A DNA stretch of 56,761 bases from contig NMRA01000002.1 of NCBI GenBank assembly GCA_002633005.1, positions 2,741,365 through 2,798,125 on the forward strand, given 5' to 3'. The notes beneath the pieces were generated by a model, which was not told the origin of the DNA, made no database searches, and saw only the letters and a program-made list of their open reading frames with translations. Origin of the DNA: Phoronis australis. Lineage: Eukaryota; Animalia; Phoronida. The translations under genes were made by a program, and so were the position numbers. Below are positions 27,516 through 39,400 of the stretch, in pieces (positions within the stretch are counted from its first letter, which is position 1; the number at the start of each line of letters is the position of its first letter).

Positions 27516-28723
27516 AACATTCTTGCAAATGTGTACATATGCCGACCAAAACCAAAATTTTATCATTAATTTAGTTGTATGCACAGCAAAACCTTTTCCC
27601 AAACATTACACGTCATTTTAACTAATACATTGCATGTGGGTTCGATTAAGTGCAAATCCATCTTGTTACGTAAGACATGATGTGTTTAGGAAATCTCGGA
27701 AATCAATCTTCGAGTTTGCAAACATTTGAACAATACACATGTAGGCTTCTAAACGAAAAAGTCTCAGTGTTTACTATTATGGTATTCGTGGTTTATCCTC
27801 GCATTAGAAACGATGGTCTAAAACTAATAGCAACAACTCAGTAAATTATGTGTTTATTTACCCGCTGTTTTATTTTAAATTTTTACAATAAGCAAATTTA
27901 GTCTCCAGTTTGTCCTGGAGTTTAAGAAACAGTTACACGTAGAATAAGCACATATTTGTTGCGTTGATTTACCTTCGTCGATCTGTTATAACTCCACCAA
28001 TCAAAGTATTGTTACGTTTCAGGTTGAATAAACACGTGCTCGTCTCGGCATCTGAATGATATTTTTATCATGTCGATTGGTCAGTTTGCCAGGTCCTGAC
28101 AGCAGCGTAAAACTGTTACAAAATACTCCAAATTTAAAAAAAAATATAGTTTTTATTCACTTACCTGTATTCGTACGTCTGTGGCACAAGGAATAGCTGG
28201 GCAATCAAATTTGCGAATCACAGATTAGTTTTTGTTTTGAAAGCACGTTATTAGCTAAAAAGTGATTTTTTATATCAGTCTCAGCGTGGAATACGACCTT
28301 GAACCTCTCCGCTTGCAGACAAACCCCATTCGATCGATTTGAGCGAATGTCTGACAGACAACGACGATAATTGGCGACACAACGGATTTTGTTGTTTTAC
28401 AGTTCCAGTCTAAGGTAATGACTTCAAGAAGACTATCCCGTCTAACAACAATACCAAAAATGCATTTTTCGGCCGTAAAACCTATAATATCCCTTAAATC
28501 TACTGTCTGCATATTCGTACATGCATTAGACTTACCTGAAAATTAATTCAGCGATTTTCAAAATCAAATTATGCAAACAGTAATCCTATTGTAACATCTG
28601 TTTTCGTAGTCGAGATTATAAATCGCGGCTCTCTACTTTGATATATTCAATTCACACTTATTGCCACCTGCGTTAAGAACTGATCAACTGAATGCTCCCC
28701 AAACACCCTTCAAAGTAATTTAC

Positions 28724-28940
28724 ATGACGTCATTCAGTCGGTTTTGATCGATCTGCTGCAAACAGAGCGGCACATTCAAGATTTTCGAGAACATAATCAA
28801 TCGTAGTAAAATAAACCCTCGTCTACGTATTTTTAGTTGAATTAGATCACGCGCGCGTTAATGACTAACAGCGTCACCAAGTGGTGACGAATGTGACCAT
28901 GTATATTTATAAGAGGCAAGGAAGGACGCTTTCTCAGTAC
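28724..28940 (+). promoter_or_regulatory. Candidate core promoter of the GPCR (CRE, TATA-like box, Inr)
   Basis: Palindromic CRE ATGACGTCAT at 28724-28733. Inverted repeat CGTCACCA-AG-TGGTGACG at 28872-28889. TATTTATAAG at 28904-28913. Inr-like TCAGT with its A at 28936, about 30 nt downstream of the TATA box and about 125 nt upstream of the ATG. Confidence 0.5.
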
Positions 28941-29060
28941 TTGGAAGGATTCGTAACCGAGGGGTTGTTGCTTGCTCTGTCTTGTTGTTATACGAGTTCA
29001 AATCATCCTGACTGACTCGAATCTTGGTCTATGTGATATTGATGTGCTGAAATCCCTACC

Positions 29061-29494
29061 ATGGAAGGTAATTTATCGTACGGAATTCTGAATACCACCA
29101 GAGAGCTAAACCAAGAACCTACGGTTTTAACAAAAGAACAAGTAATAAAAAAATTCCTCCCTGGCGTCGTCGTCCCTGATGATCTCGAGGACCCCAAGAA
29201 AATAGGACTGTCTTTCGTGTATGGTCTCATTATCATCTGTGCTGTTACCGGAAATACGACGCTGATGACGGTCATTTTGTCCAACCCCAAAATGAGAACG
29301 GTTACTAACATATTCATGGTGTCGTTGGCGGTCAGCGATGTATTAATAGCCATTGGTAACATGCCGTTCTCTTGGTACATTCACATGTATAACGATTGGC
29401 AACTTGGCGACCCGTTGTGCAAATTCTCAGCTTACATCAAGGGGGTTACAATAGTCTCCAGCATCTTGACTTTGACGGCAATATCATTTGATAG
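29061..29494 (+). CDS. Class A GPCR (neuropeptide-receptor-like), coding exon 1: N-terminus to TM3
   Basis: ATG in a strong Kozak context (ACCATGG). N-terminal N-x-S/T sites (NLS, NTT), TM1 'GN', 'MRTVTNIFMVSLAVSD' (TM2 LAxxD), ECL1 'W.LG..LCK' and TM3 ending 'AISFDR'. The exon ends AG|GTGAGT, a canonical donor at 29495. Confidence 0.95.
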
Positions 29495-29800
29495 GTGAGT
29501 GTAAATTGTGTATTTACCTTTTATTCTTTGAGCAGAAAAAAAGAGAATTTTCAATGCCTTTAACATATAAGGATTCATGAACGTTAAAGCACCGCTTGAA
29601 ATAAAAAATAGTGGAAGACGGCGAACACTCAACGGATATTGCGTGATTATAGTATTTCTTTCAGCGGCCATTAAGTATCCTTAAAATGGCACCCTGCTTT
29701 CTTAGTTTCTACTCCTTCGTCTCAACAATGCTGCATTCTTAACATCTGTATAGAACCAATAGTCTGTCGTTACAAAAAAATCTACAAACATTTAAAGCAT

Positions 29801-30251
29801 TTAAAGCTGCATTTCGTACTGCTTAACTGGCTAAAACAAAAGTCGAATCCAGCTTCTTGCTACAAATGAGTCTCAAAATTTCCCTTGCCATGCTAGTATT
29901 TGTGTTCTGTTACTAGAGCCAACAAATCATAAGCGGGCTAAAAAAGGCGTCAGAAAATCGTTGATTTTATTGGGTATTCGTGATCAGCCCTGAAGTTTGA
30001 AAATGGCGCGCGGGGAAATTCATTCAAATATAGGCCAGTCACGTGACACAACAATGGCCATTCCCCATGAGTACATCACAGATTAACTGATAATTTTGGC
30101 TCTTCTTTTAAGAACTTGAATTATGTTGAAAGTGAGGGGGGAAAATGCTGCGTTACAATGAATGCTCTGTAAATGTATCCCGCCACCATTGGTCATCAGT
30201 AAAGTAGAGCCATAACGCCTTAAACGTTTGTTCTTCAGCTAAAGCAGCTTT
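29801..30251. mobile_element. Degenerate TTAA-AGCTGC element related to 54991-55297
   Basis: Starts TTAAAGCTGCATTTCG and the first ~80 bp align with 54991 onward. A possible right end GCAGCTTT lies at about 30244-30251. Confidence 0.5.
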
Positions 30252-31168
30252 CTCTTCAAAACATTAACTGAAAATGCTATTTGTCAGCCAAAATGTTGAA
30301 TTCGACATTTACTTGCTTTTCCGGTGTTGCCCTGTTTTACAGATATTTTGCCCTTTTCGGGCGTCACTTTAGAACGCTGAATGTTGTTTTCACAATGGAT
30401 ATCAATAAAATGGAAAGATTTCGTAGATTTGCGTTTCTGAATTATCGAAGCTTAGAAACTTGGACTGTCACCAGAAAAAGATTTTGGAGATTCAAAACTA
30501 TCTTTAGGAGGCCATTTATTATTGAAACAGTAAGTTGTTCATACATCCTCTTTTGGAAAGAGTTTTCAACTGAACCTGTTTGGAGCAGACGATTCTCTTT
30601 ATGAAGTTCTCATCGCAACTGTAGAGATCCGAATTACAAGCTGACAAAGTACTTGAAAAACTCGTTTTATCAGCATGTAATTGATTTGAAATTATGCCAA
30701 ATAACAGATGCGTGATTAAGAAAATTAATCCTCTAAATGGGAATCATTTAAATGGTTTAATTGAACTCGATGGGAAGTGAATCAGTTAACATTTCACCAT
30801 GCATTATCTGTCATAGGCGTTTGCCGCACACGGAACCTATCGTATTTAAAGGAAAATTACTGGGTGTTTGGACGTTTGGATAAGCAGCAGGAACTAAAAT
30901 GTTTTTTAGACAACTGGATACCATTTCTGTAAAAAATAGTCAGTCACCCGAATTCTCCGACATTTTAGCCTGTGTGTTTTTATTGCAAAATCAGCGTCTT
31001 CGTTGCCAATTCCTCCTGTCATTCGTCGTTTGACAAGGTACGGAATAGTAACAAAATAACAAACACACGGTGTTTCATGTGTTCTCTGCGGCCTATTTGA
31101 AACCCGAAAGTAAGCAACTTATAGTCTAGACAACTCGGTTTGTTTCCAAATAAGGACAAGACGATATC

Positions 31169-31490
31169 GTTGCTAGACTAGTCCCTAGCATATATACAAT
31201 TACTAGACTAGTTCCTATATTATATATACAGTTACTAGACTATTTTGTAGTATATATGCAGTTACTAGACTAGATCCTGGTATATATACAGTTACTAGAC
31301 TAGTTCCTAGTATATAAATAGTTACTAGACTATTTCCTAGTATATAAACAGTTAATAGACTAGTTCTTAGTATATACAGTTACTAGACTAGTTCCCAGTA
31401 TACAGTTACTAGACTAGTTCCCAGTATATACAGTGTATACTGTTACTAGACTAGTTAATATAGATATATATATATATATATATATTCCTA
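31169..31490. repeat. ~30-bp minisatellite (about 10 units) ending in an (AT)n tract
   Basis: Consensus GTTACTAGACTAGTTCCTAGTATATATACA; unit length varies through TA slippage. Confidence 0.95.
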
Positions 31491-33091
31491 GTACCGGTTT
31501 CTACTAGAGGGCTCCCATCTTTTCTGGCTCATGAATGCTTATAAAAATGACGTTGAGTAGCTTAACAACAAAGACCCAGTGACCCTCCCAACAAGGGTAC
31601 AGATTGGTCTCCCCGTCACTATATAAGTGTCTCCCAACACACTTGCGAGTGCACGTCCGGCGTATACTGCGCCAGTGTTAGCCGTGGTAAACTTCCCAGC
31701 ACTGATGACCCGTATTCTACAGACACGACAAACAAACTGCTCTTTTTGGAGTCTTCGGTAACAGCATTTTTAAATGTGGAAGTATCGGTACATACCTGTT
31801 AGTTAACCCACGTGGTTTTCCAAATAACGAAACCAGTGCAGTCAATAACGTCAAGAACATGAATGTGGGCATTTTCAACAAGAATCTTAGTTTCACGTGA
31901 ACGCAACCAGTCAACTACTATGATCGAACCATTGACCTTGGAATCAAGCTATGCTTGGCCGATCCTGCTGCTGAATAAGGTTGTAGACATGTAGATGGAG
32001 TCCCCCGGGTAGTTTCAAGCAAACTGAGCGATTTCTTCCGTCGATATGAATACACTCACGCAGTCGCCATTTCAGTAGTGTAGTGAGCCTCATTTTAGGT
32101 TTAAAAAAAAACTACGCATTTGAGACATAAATATAACGAGCCACGCGGAAAAATCGCGCTTTGCGCTGTGATTAAGAGCAGAATGCATTGTTTTTTAAAT
32201 CTAAAAAGAGGCCCACTTTTATAATGGCTAGTGCGTGTATACGATGTACAAACAATGTGTAGATTATCATTATACTAATATACATTTTTCAATAATATGT
32301 AGGTCATCTTATTTGATTCTCAATTTATACTAAATTATGATCTATATGGAGCCAGGTATTCTCGAGCTACACAAAGTCGACTCGTGCTGGCTGCAGGACC
32401 TAGACTATACCGTATAGTACTCTAGTCGCATGTATAGCTGAATAGCTTATAAATCTTAGCGCTTACAGTCCCTAGGGACCTACAATATACATATCAATTA
32501 TAATGTAATCACCATTTTATTGCCTGACTGATAGGACCACAAACCTGTTGTTTAGTGTTATTTCAAGTCTGACGGGTGTTCATTTAACACACAACAGAAG
32601 CGTCGGCGACCTGCTTTCAGATATTGGACACAATCGTGATCTTTTGAGAACACGTGCATTTCTCTAGATCTTACTGGAATACACGCGTGGATAGTGCAGT
32701 TGTCACTGAAACAATGTACGCGGAAATCCGAACGTCGATCCCGTCACACTTCGTAATGCATACTACCTGACTGCGCGTCAGAACTTGAACCCTATTTTTT
32801 AAAAGGTTCGGCGATTTTTTTTCAAAATGTTCGCAAAATACCATGGTGACGTTCTCAAAAGAACAGGATGGCGTTCAAAATCTATGTATCTCCGAGAATG
32901 TAGCCTGCTCTGTAATTAACCTTTGTGTTATCCTGCTATAGACTGCATCAGTAACCACAGGTGCTCAAGTCACCCCAGCAGTTGCTACTAGCTTTACAGC
33001 GATGATTGATTTTCTCGAAATATTACATCTTGAACACTGCTGCCAGCCTAGGTGAAAACCCATGATTTATTGATGACAAAATAGTAACAGT

Positions 33092-33183
33092 ACAGTGGCG
33101 GATTTAGAGGGGCCAAGGGGGGCAAAATCTTGGCTAATACTCTGGCCTGGCACTCCTAACTCAAAATCTTGGATCCGCCCCTG
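33092..33183. mobile_element. Short MITE, GGCGGATTT...GGATCCGCC family
   Basis: CAGTGGCGGATTT...GGATCCGCCCCTG. An internally shorter relative of 1528-1677; another left end is at about 7372. Confidence 0.75.
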
Positions 33184-33675
33184 CTACGTGTGTATGTATT
33201 GAACTATACAGAAAGTCCTGAACTTGCTTTACTAAGAGGAGATAACACGATTTAATCACTCAAACGCAGGCGCGTCACTTTTACGTCCAAAAACGCTTTC
33301 TGGGATTGCAGTTGGATGGGCTACACATTTTGTAATCATTAATTTCAACCAGAACTATAAAACATTGAAATCCGATATATCATTGTAATATTAATCCAAT
33401 TATTCAAACCTTTGCTGAAATCAAGAAGGGTGACTTTGCAAAATAAATACGCTTAAAATAGTATGCCGTTGATCGAGTGGGACTTAGATCCGCCTACAGC
33501 TGTATATAACGTTTGACTTCGATTGCAAGGATTCCGGATTCGGATCCGCCATGGGACTAATCTTACACAATACATGTCACATCTAACCATATTGTAAAAA
33601 CATTTCCCAAAAGGGAGCTTTTAACGAATTTCCAAATCAAATCATCTTGTTGGAAAGAGCACTGGCCCCTGTACC

Positions 33676-33999
33676 AATAGCGGAGTTGCAACGCCGCCAT
33701 ATTGGAAATGGGTCAGAATGTTGCATTGTGGTTAAGCCGGTAAACAAGTACGTCGGCAAGCGTGGGGGCGAACCGGCCACAGGGAGGTTATACGTGTTGT
33801 GTGCCTGGCATGCTATAATACCAGTTAGGGCGAATAGCGGCAGAATTACATACAGCAGCGTAGTTTAATGCACACAAATTACACGTCGTGCAAACCAGTC
33901 GGTCATCCCGTTTACCATCAACAATCCCAGTAGCCTTTGCGCACCCTAATTTCCGGACATGCGCAATCGTTAAATCGATTCGGTTGCAACTCCGCTATT
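33676..33999. mobile_element. MITE with perfect 17-bp TIRs
   Basis: AATAGCGGAGTTGCAAC at 33676 and GTTGCAACTCCGCTATT ending at 33999, next to an N gap. Confidence 0.8.
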
Positions 34000-35398
34000 N
34001 NNNNNNNNNNNNNNNNNGGCTCGTTCGAGCCCCTCGAGCCCCACCCCCCCCCGGGTGCGCGCATGCAAAGGTTTATTGGTTTGGTGTAAAAGATCTGTGA
34101 CAACCTTGGGCTGATATGCCGTTGTTAGGGCCACTATACTTCAGTCCCAAGTTTGTCCATTTATTTGCTTCAACGCTGCCATCTCCAAAGGAAAGAATTG
34201 CAGTCATTGGAACAGAAATGATTTAAGTTGATCTGTCAAAATTTACCTGACAAAATGAGTAGACCCAACATGACTCACGATTTTTCCAGGTAAGCTTGCA
34301 GACTGACTGATATGCGTCTTTTTTCAAATGGCTTTTGGAACATTAATGAATGGCCCGTTGTAGCCCTTGGAAAAATGTTATGGTTCAAACCCTCTTGCTG
34401 AAAGAGAAGAGCTGTTTTTATTTTGGTGCTACTTTATAACTCCTGCGTCATAAACCAATCCTTTTAGAAGTAAGCAAGTTGTATCTGTTATTGCACCTTT
34501 TTGGTTTAGACCAAATATTCTCGGTAGTTAAAAAGTCTGTTGTTATCGCAATCGCTGCAGCACAATCATTTATGATTTTCTCAAATGCAATAGTCAACTA
34601 ATGTCGCGCTGATTTTTTTGTTCGAGACATGTCTTCCCTCCAACTTTTACGCTATTTTTTGACTTAGATGTGCAATTAGACAAATAACTCGTAATTTTAA
34701 GAACTCGTAGCGTAGAGCTAATCTTTTGCATTGCTCTTATTTTTTATATATTTTGATCCAGTCTTGGTTTCAAGTTAAAAGTTAGTACGGGCTCAGTTGA
34801 AATAATGCTCAAAGTATGAGGGAAAAGTCCGGCCTCAAAGTTTTAACGAATCTTATCGACAAGTGTTTTTATCTTTTTATTTTCTTTAACGTTAATTACG
34901 AAGAATACAATGCACAATAACAAGACTTAAGCCCAGAAAGCGCTAGAAAGCATTACACATGGGTATCGACAAGTCTAGTGTACATTCAGACAAATATCTA
35001 CACCATTACATATTTTAACTCGGTGAAATTATATCTTTTCGGAAGGAAGAAAGCCTGTTGAAATTGATTTTGTCTTTTTCAATGTTCAATATGAAGTCTC
35101 GGAAACGTAGTTGTTTACAAAAATGTCAAGAGTCTTATTTTTGATAGCCACTCGGGCAAAAAAGGAGCATTTTAATAACAGTTCCTTACAGCGTTTTGGA
35201 GAAAAGTGTATAACGCATATTTTTATAACCAACTAATATTTGTAATAAAGACTGCAGGCCCGTCGCATAAAACAGCACTTAGGTACTTCAGCGCGTAACA
35301 AGTTCTCGCGAAGTTGAAATTGAGGCTGAGAAAACATATTCACAGGTGAATCAAATAGTTCCTGGAATGCCGTGCAGTTATCGATGGATAAAAATACA

Positions 35399-35690
35399 AA
35401 ATAGTAAAACTATTAAAAGTAAATCGACGAGCGTCGGTACTAAAACGTATTTAAATATCCCCACGTGTCGAGCGATGCGCTCTTTGACAAAGGTATGATA
35501 CAGACTGCTGAAAACATGTAGATATATATATGTTGTTCATGCTGTCTAGTGTATACCACCGTGCGGTCTACTTCTGTTCGGCAGTCTGTATCATACCCTT
35601 TACAAAGAGCGCATCGCTCGACACGTGGGGATATTTCAATATATTTTAGTACCGACGCTCGTCGTTATATTTTTACTAGTTTTACTATTT
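35399..35690. repeat. Long imperfect inverted repeat (~124-bp arms, ~44-nt loop)
   Basis: 35399-35522 is reverse-complementary to 35567-35690, with the perfect core AAATATCCCCACGTGTCGAGCGATGCGCTCTTTG. Confidence 0.92.
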
Positions 35691-36019
35691 CATATTTACA
35701 GATGGTAAAAATGCATCTCACCCTGTTGAAGTACTTAAAAACGAAAATCGGACTTGCGTCGTCTACTCTAACAAACTTAGTTTTACAATATTACATACCG
35801 TTAAATGGTTCTGCTTCTGCTGCCAAGAAAAACATGAAAACCACCAGCGACTCATGCAAACGCTTCAGAGTTTTGTTGGGTTGGCCGACCTTAAAATTGA
35901 CAATTCTAAAATGGCACATTTCGACAACAATCCAGGATCGGATAAGCGTGGTAATGTTTTCAACCCCAAAGCTCTTCGATTACGAATTCATCATTGATAC
36001 ATAGCGGCAAAATGTAGCT

Positions 36020-36420
36020 CTAAGTTGTTCATTATCACCTGCTGACATCACTTTAATGACTTTAAACTGAAAGAGTGCTTACATGTCAATATACCTTTAT
36101 CTAAGTTCATTGTTTAAATTAAAAAGCAAATGATATTCGTCTTCAATAATATTGGGACATAAGGTACACACTCTGTGTGCCTGATGGTCACTATCTACGT
36201 GTCTTACTTCAGAATTAACGGTTTGCCACTTGAATTGCGAAAGTGTGTCATGGACATAATCTGTGCACGGGTATATTAATTAGAATGCGGTGATTTTCCA
36301 AATTCAATTTAGTCTTAAATTGTTTATAAGAACAGTTTAGAGCTAACTACTTTGTCGCCAGCCTTGTAAATGACAATCCCGTATTTTTAACCAAACTGAA
36401 AAAACCCAAGTTCGTGAATA
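36020..36420 (-). mobile_element. LINE ORF2 C-terminal fragment
   Basis: The minus strand gives RVCTLCPNIIEDEYHLLF...NELR.RYI, the CCHC-type C-terminal motif of non-LTR ORF2 proteins. Confidence 0.7.
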
Positions 36421-39400
36421 CCTGCCAGCATATAGTTACTTCAATAGAAGATGGATTACTACATGACCACTGTTTATATTGAATATTTTATTTTTTCTTG
36501 TGTCCTCGATTGTGTGAATGCGTGAACCTGAGTGGGAGAGTTAAACAATATAAATTTTGTTGAAACGCTTTATTTCATAATACACATGGATTTTTAAATT
36601 CTCCTTCACATTTTCTAGAACGCTTGTAGGACTTAACCGACGGAATATCTGCTATCCAAGATAGTGCCATCTGTGTTGCGCCTCGTGCTACGGTTGAAGA
36701 TTCTGTAACCGTAGTACAATCACGAACATATTTGCATTTTACAGATTTCAATCTAAACAAATCAAATGTAGGCTCAAAACCACATTCCTAACTTAGGTTG
36801 CACGGAAAATCCCAGTTCATGTAAAAACATGTCCCTGTCTGAGGGACCATCGGAGTCGCTTGCTAGTTTAGACCAATAATCAACACGCAACTTTTGCGGA
36901 AGTGTCGCATCTTAGTTTGCGCGTTTGGCTATCAATTTGTGCCGCGATTGGAATGGAGTCAAGTTTGCTACATTCTTTTGATCTCCTGATTAAGAAAGTG
37001 TCTGCTCAGGTAATTTTCTTGAGCCACCAGTGGCGTGTGTACAATAGATTGAAAATTAAAGGTAACTGGAGAAAGTTGACGTTTCAGTGGTAATTTCATA
37101 TTGTTGCGTTTTATATTGATGATGTACGGTTTGAAGTTTTCATGTCATTGACGGATATGATTGCTTCCAAGGAAGCAACACTTGCGGTGAATGAACTCTA
37201 CGGTCGCTTCATTAATAGCTAGCTGTCACGCATACGCACGTTAGAATTAAGTTGGTTTGCACCAGCCAGAAACTACCGTCATACACGTTGGCACCCAACT
37301 AATTCAATGTGCTGACGATTTAAAGCGCTCCTACAATGGATCTTTGCACTTTTTGAGGTTTTAGACAGAGTGTAATAATCTTATAACATCAAATCTATTA
37401 ACTAGACAAGCAGTTGTTTTAGAAATAATTGAGGAATGATTGAACTCTAAAGAAAAATTAATGATTTTTCGGTTTCCCGCCACGTGATGTCATCAATGGA
37501 AGACCTTGATCAGTTGACTCCAGACAATATGCATTGGTGGATAGTTGTCCTTTGTAAGTTACGAAAACTTAAAGAGCGAGCTTGACCAGTATTATGAAGA
37601 CAGGTATGGAGATAGGGGTGAAGATGACACTCAGGCCATAGGTGAAACAGGTAATGATTTAGGCCTCGCCATGGACTTTGCGTGTTTGAGGCCTCGACCG
37701 GCGTCTTGTCTTCGGTGCGTGAAGCCGAGTCGGAGCTTACTCAGTGTGGAGACAGTCCTGATTTCAGAATGATAATTAAAACCATTTCACTGAATCTCCA
37801 TTTAATTTCCTGACCATGTTAGTGTCGAGTACTATCGTGTCTCGATCTGTAGATCTTACCAAGTTTTTACCTACTGTCAAAGCCCAGTCGTAAATAGCGG
37901 TCATTGATTTCATTTCTTCAAATTCCAAGTGCATTTGTTAGGAACTATTATATCTAATTATTGTGATTCTAACTGGATTTTGTTTCTGATAACTGATACT
38001 CGTTTCTGTTTTGTCTGTTTCAAAATTATGAAAGCTTTGTACCTAGTGTTGTGATTCGACGATAATTTCGGTCCAGTGGCCGACTCCAGCCTCTGTGCCG
38101 ACTGCCGTCGTGACCTCAAACTATTTGCCTGGTATGACTTACATTCTATTTTCTACAATTGGGCATTGACATATATTGTGGATAGCATGTAATCCCACAA
38201 AATCTTGAACTAACTCAGTTTTTGAGACGACTCCGGGTCGCGGCTTGTGTAGGACAACACAACGGTGGAGACCGGATTTCCAATGATGACGTCACTCATA
38301 ATTTATAATAATTTTTAATTTGATTTAATGTGCGTTTATTTCTTCATTAAAAGAACACAAATTAAACAAGAAAATACTACACATATCATATAAAAATTGT
38401 TGGTAACCGAATTCAGTCATTTATTACCATGGTGAAGGGTTTAACAAGCTGTGACTAGTCGCGAATGTATATTACCATGGCCATGAGGGGGCATGGAAAT
38501 AGACTCCGAAAAGCGCTCATATTCCTCCTCAGCAACACAAAATAGCCCTCTTGGTCCCCCTATGGATTCTCGCTTGCATGTTTCCGTGATTCAGTGTAAT
38601 CTGTTGTCATTCATCTGTGTAGGCCAATAGAATCCACTGTAAACTGAAGGTCTCTTACAAGATTTACTTCGTCCAGGTGATCTGAAGTGTCCAAACCAAC
38701 GGAACTGATGAGTAAATGCTCCTCTGAGAGCATAATGCACTCACATCAACACAGATGACCTGCAGTGGTCAAATCAATGAGAGACTTTATATTCATAAAG
38801 TGAAGCTAACGAATGAGGTTCTTCTGAACACCTGAATAGGTTAAGAGAAGAAAGTATGTGATAAGCATGGGGCGTCTGTGGGTCAAAGGTCCCACGTTAC
38901 TCTGGGTTGCGTTCCATAGAGCGCATAGAGCGTTCCATTGCGAGAAAAGCGACCGGAGATCATGTAAATCGTCTCGAGATATCGCGATATAGTTGAGCAC
39001 GTGATCGCTTCGCTTGTGACTTGCGTCTACTGAACGCGCCTCGGAGTGTATGCATTTTTTCAGGGGGCCGTTGCCCCTATAGCGCCACCTAAATTAAAAT
39101 CGATCTTAATAAGACCAAAGGCCTCAATGCATTTCGATGAGGAGCATTTTAACTATAGTCCCGCGTCAGCGCTAAATAGTTCATGCCAAAACTTCAATAT
39201 GGCAAATCTTTAGGTTGAAGCAATCAATGGACTCCACCTTGTATAGTCGTCTGCAAACATGAACACGTAGGCCTATAGGATAATCAAAGGCAAAGGGACC
39301 CACCCCAACACATGAACAATAACAGTGATTTTTAAAGAAGGTTTTGCATACGTCTCAGTAACTCACTGGAACTTACTCTGTCAACACAATTATCAACAAT

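Noticed and set aside
29003-29380. 125-aa antisense ORF
   Set aside because: A shadow of GPCR exon 1 with no independent features.
31169-31490. ~30-bp repeats as a CRISPR array
   Set aside because: Head-to-tail units with no unique spacers, no cas genes and a eukaryotic intronic context.
35549-36004. 151-aa ORF
   Set aside because: Begins in the hairpin arm with a non-ATG start and has no protein-like motifs.
37480-37930. Possible LINE C-terminal relic ('TLSKLRLGFTH', minus strand)
   Set aside because: A single short motif, too weak to call.
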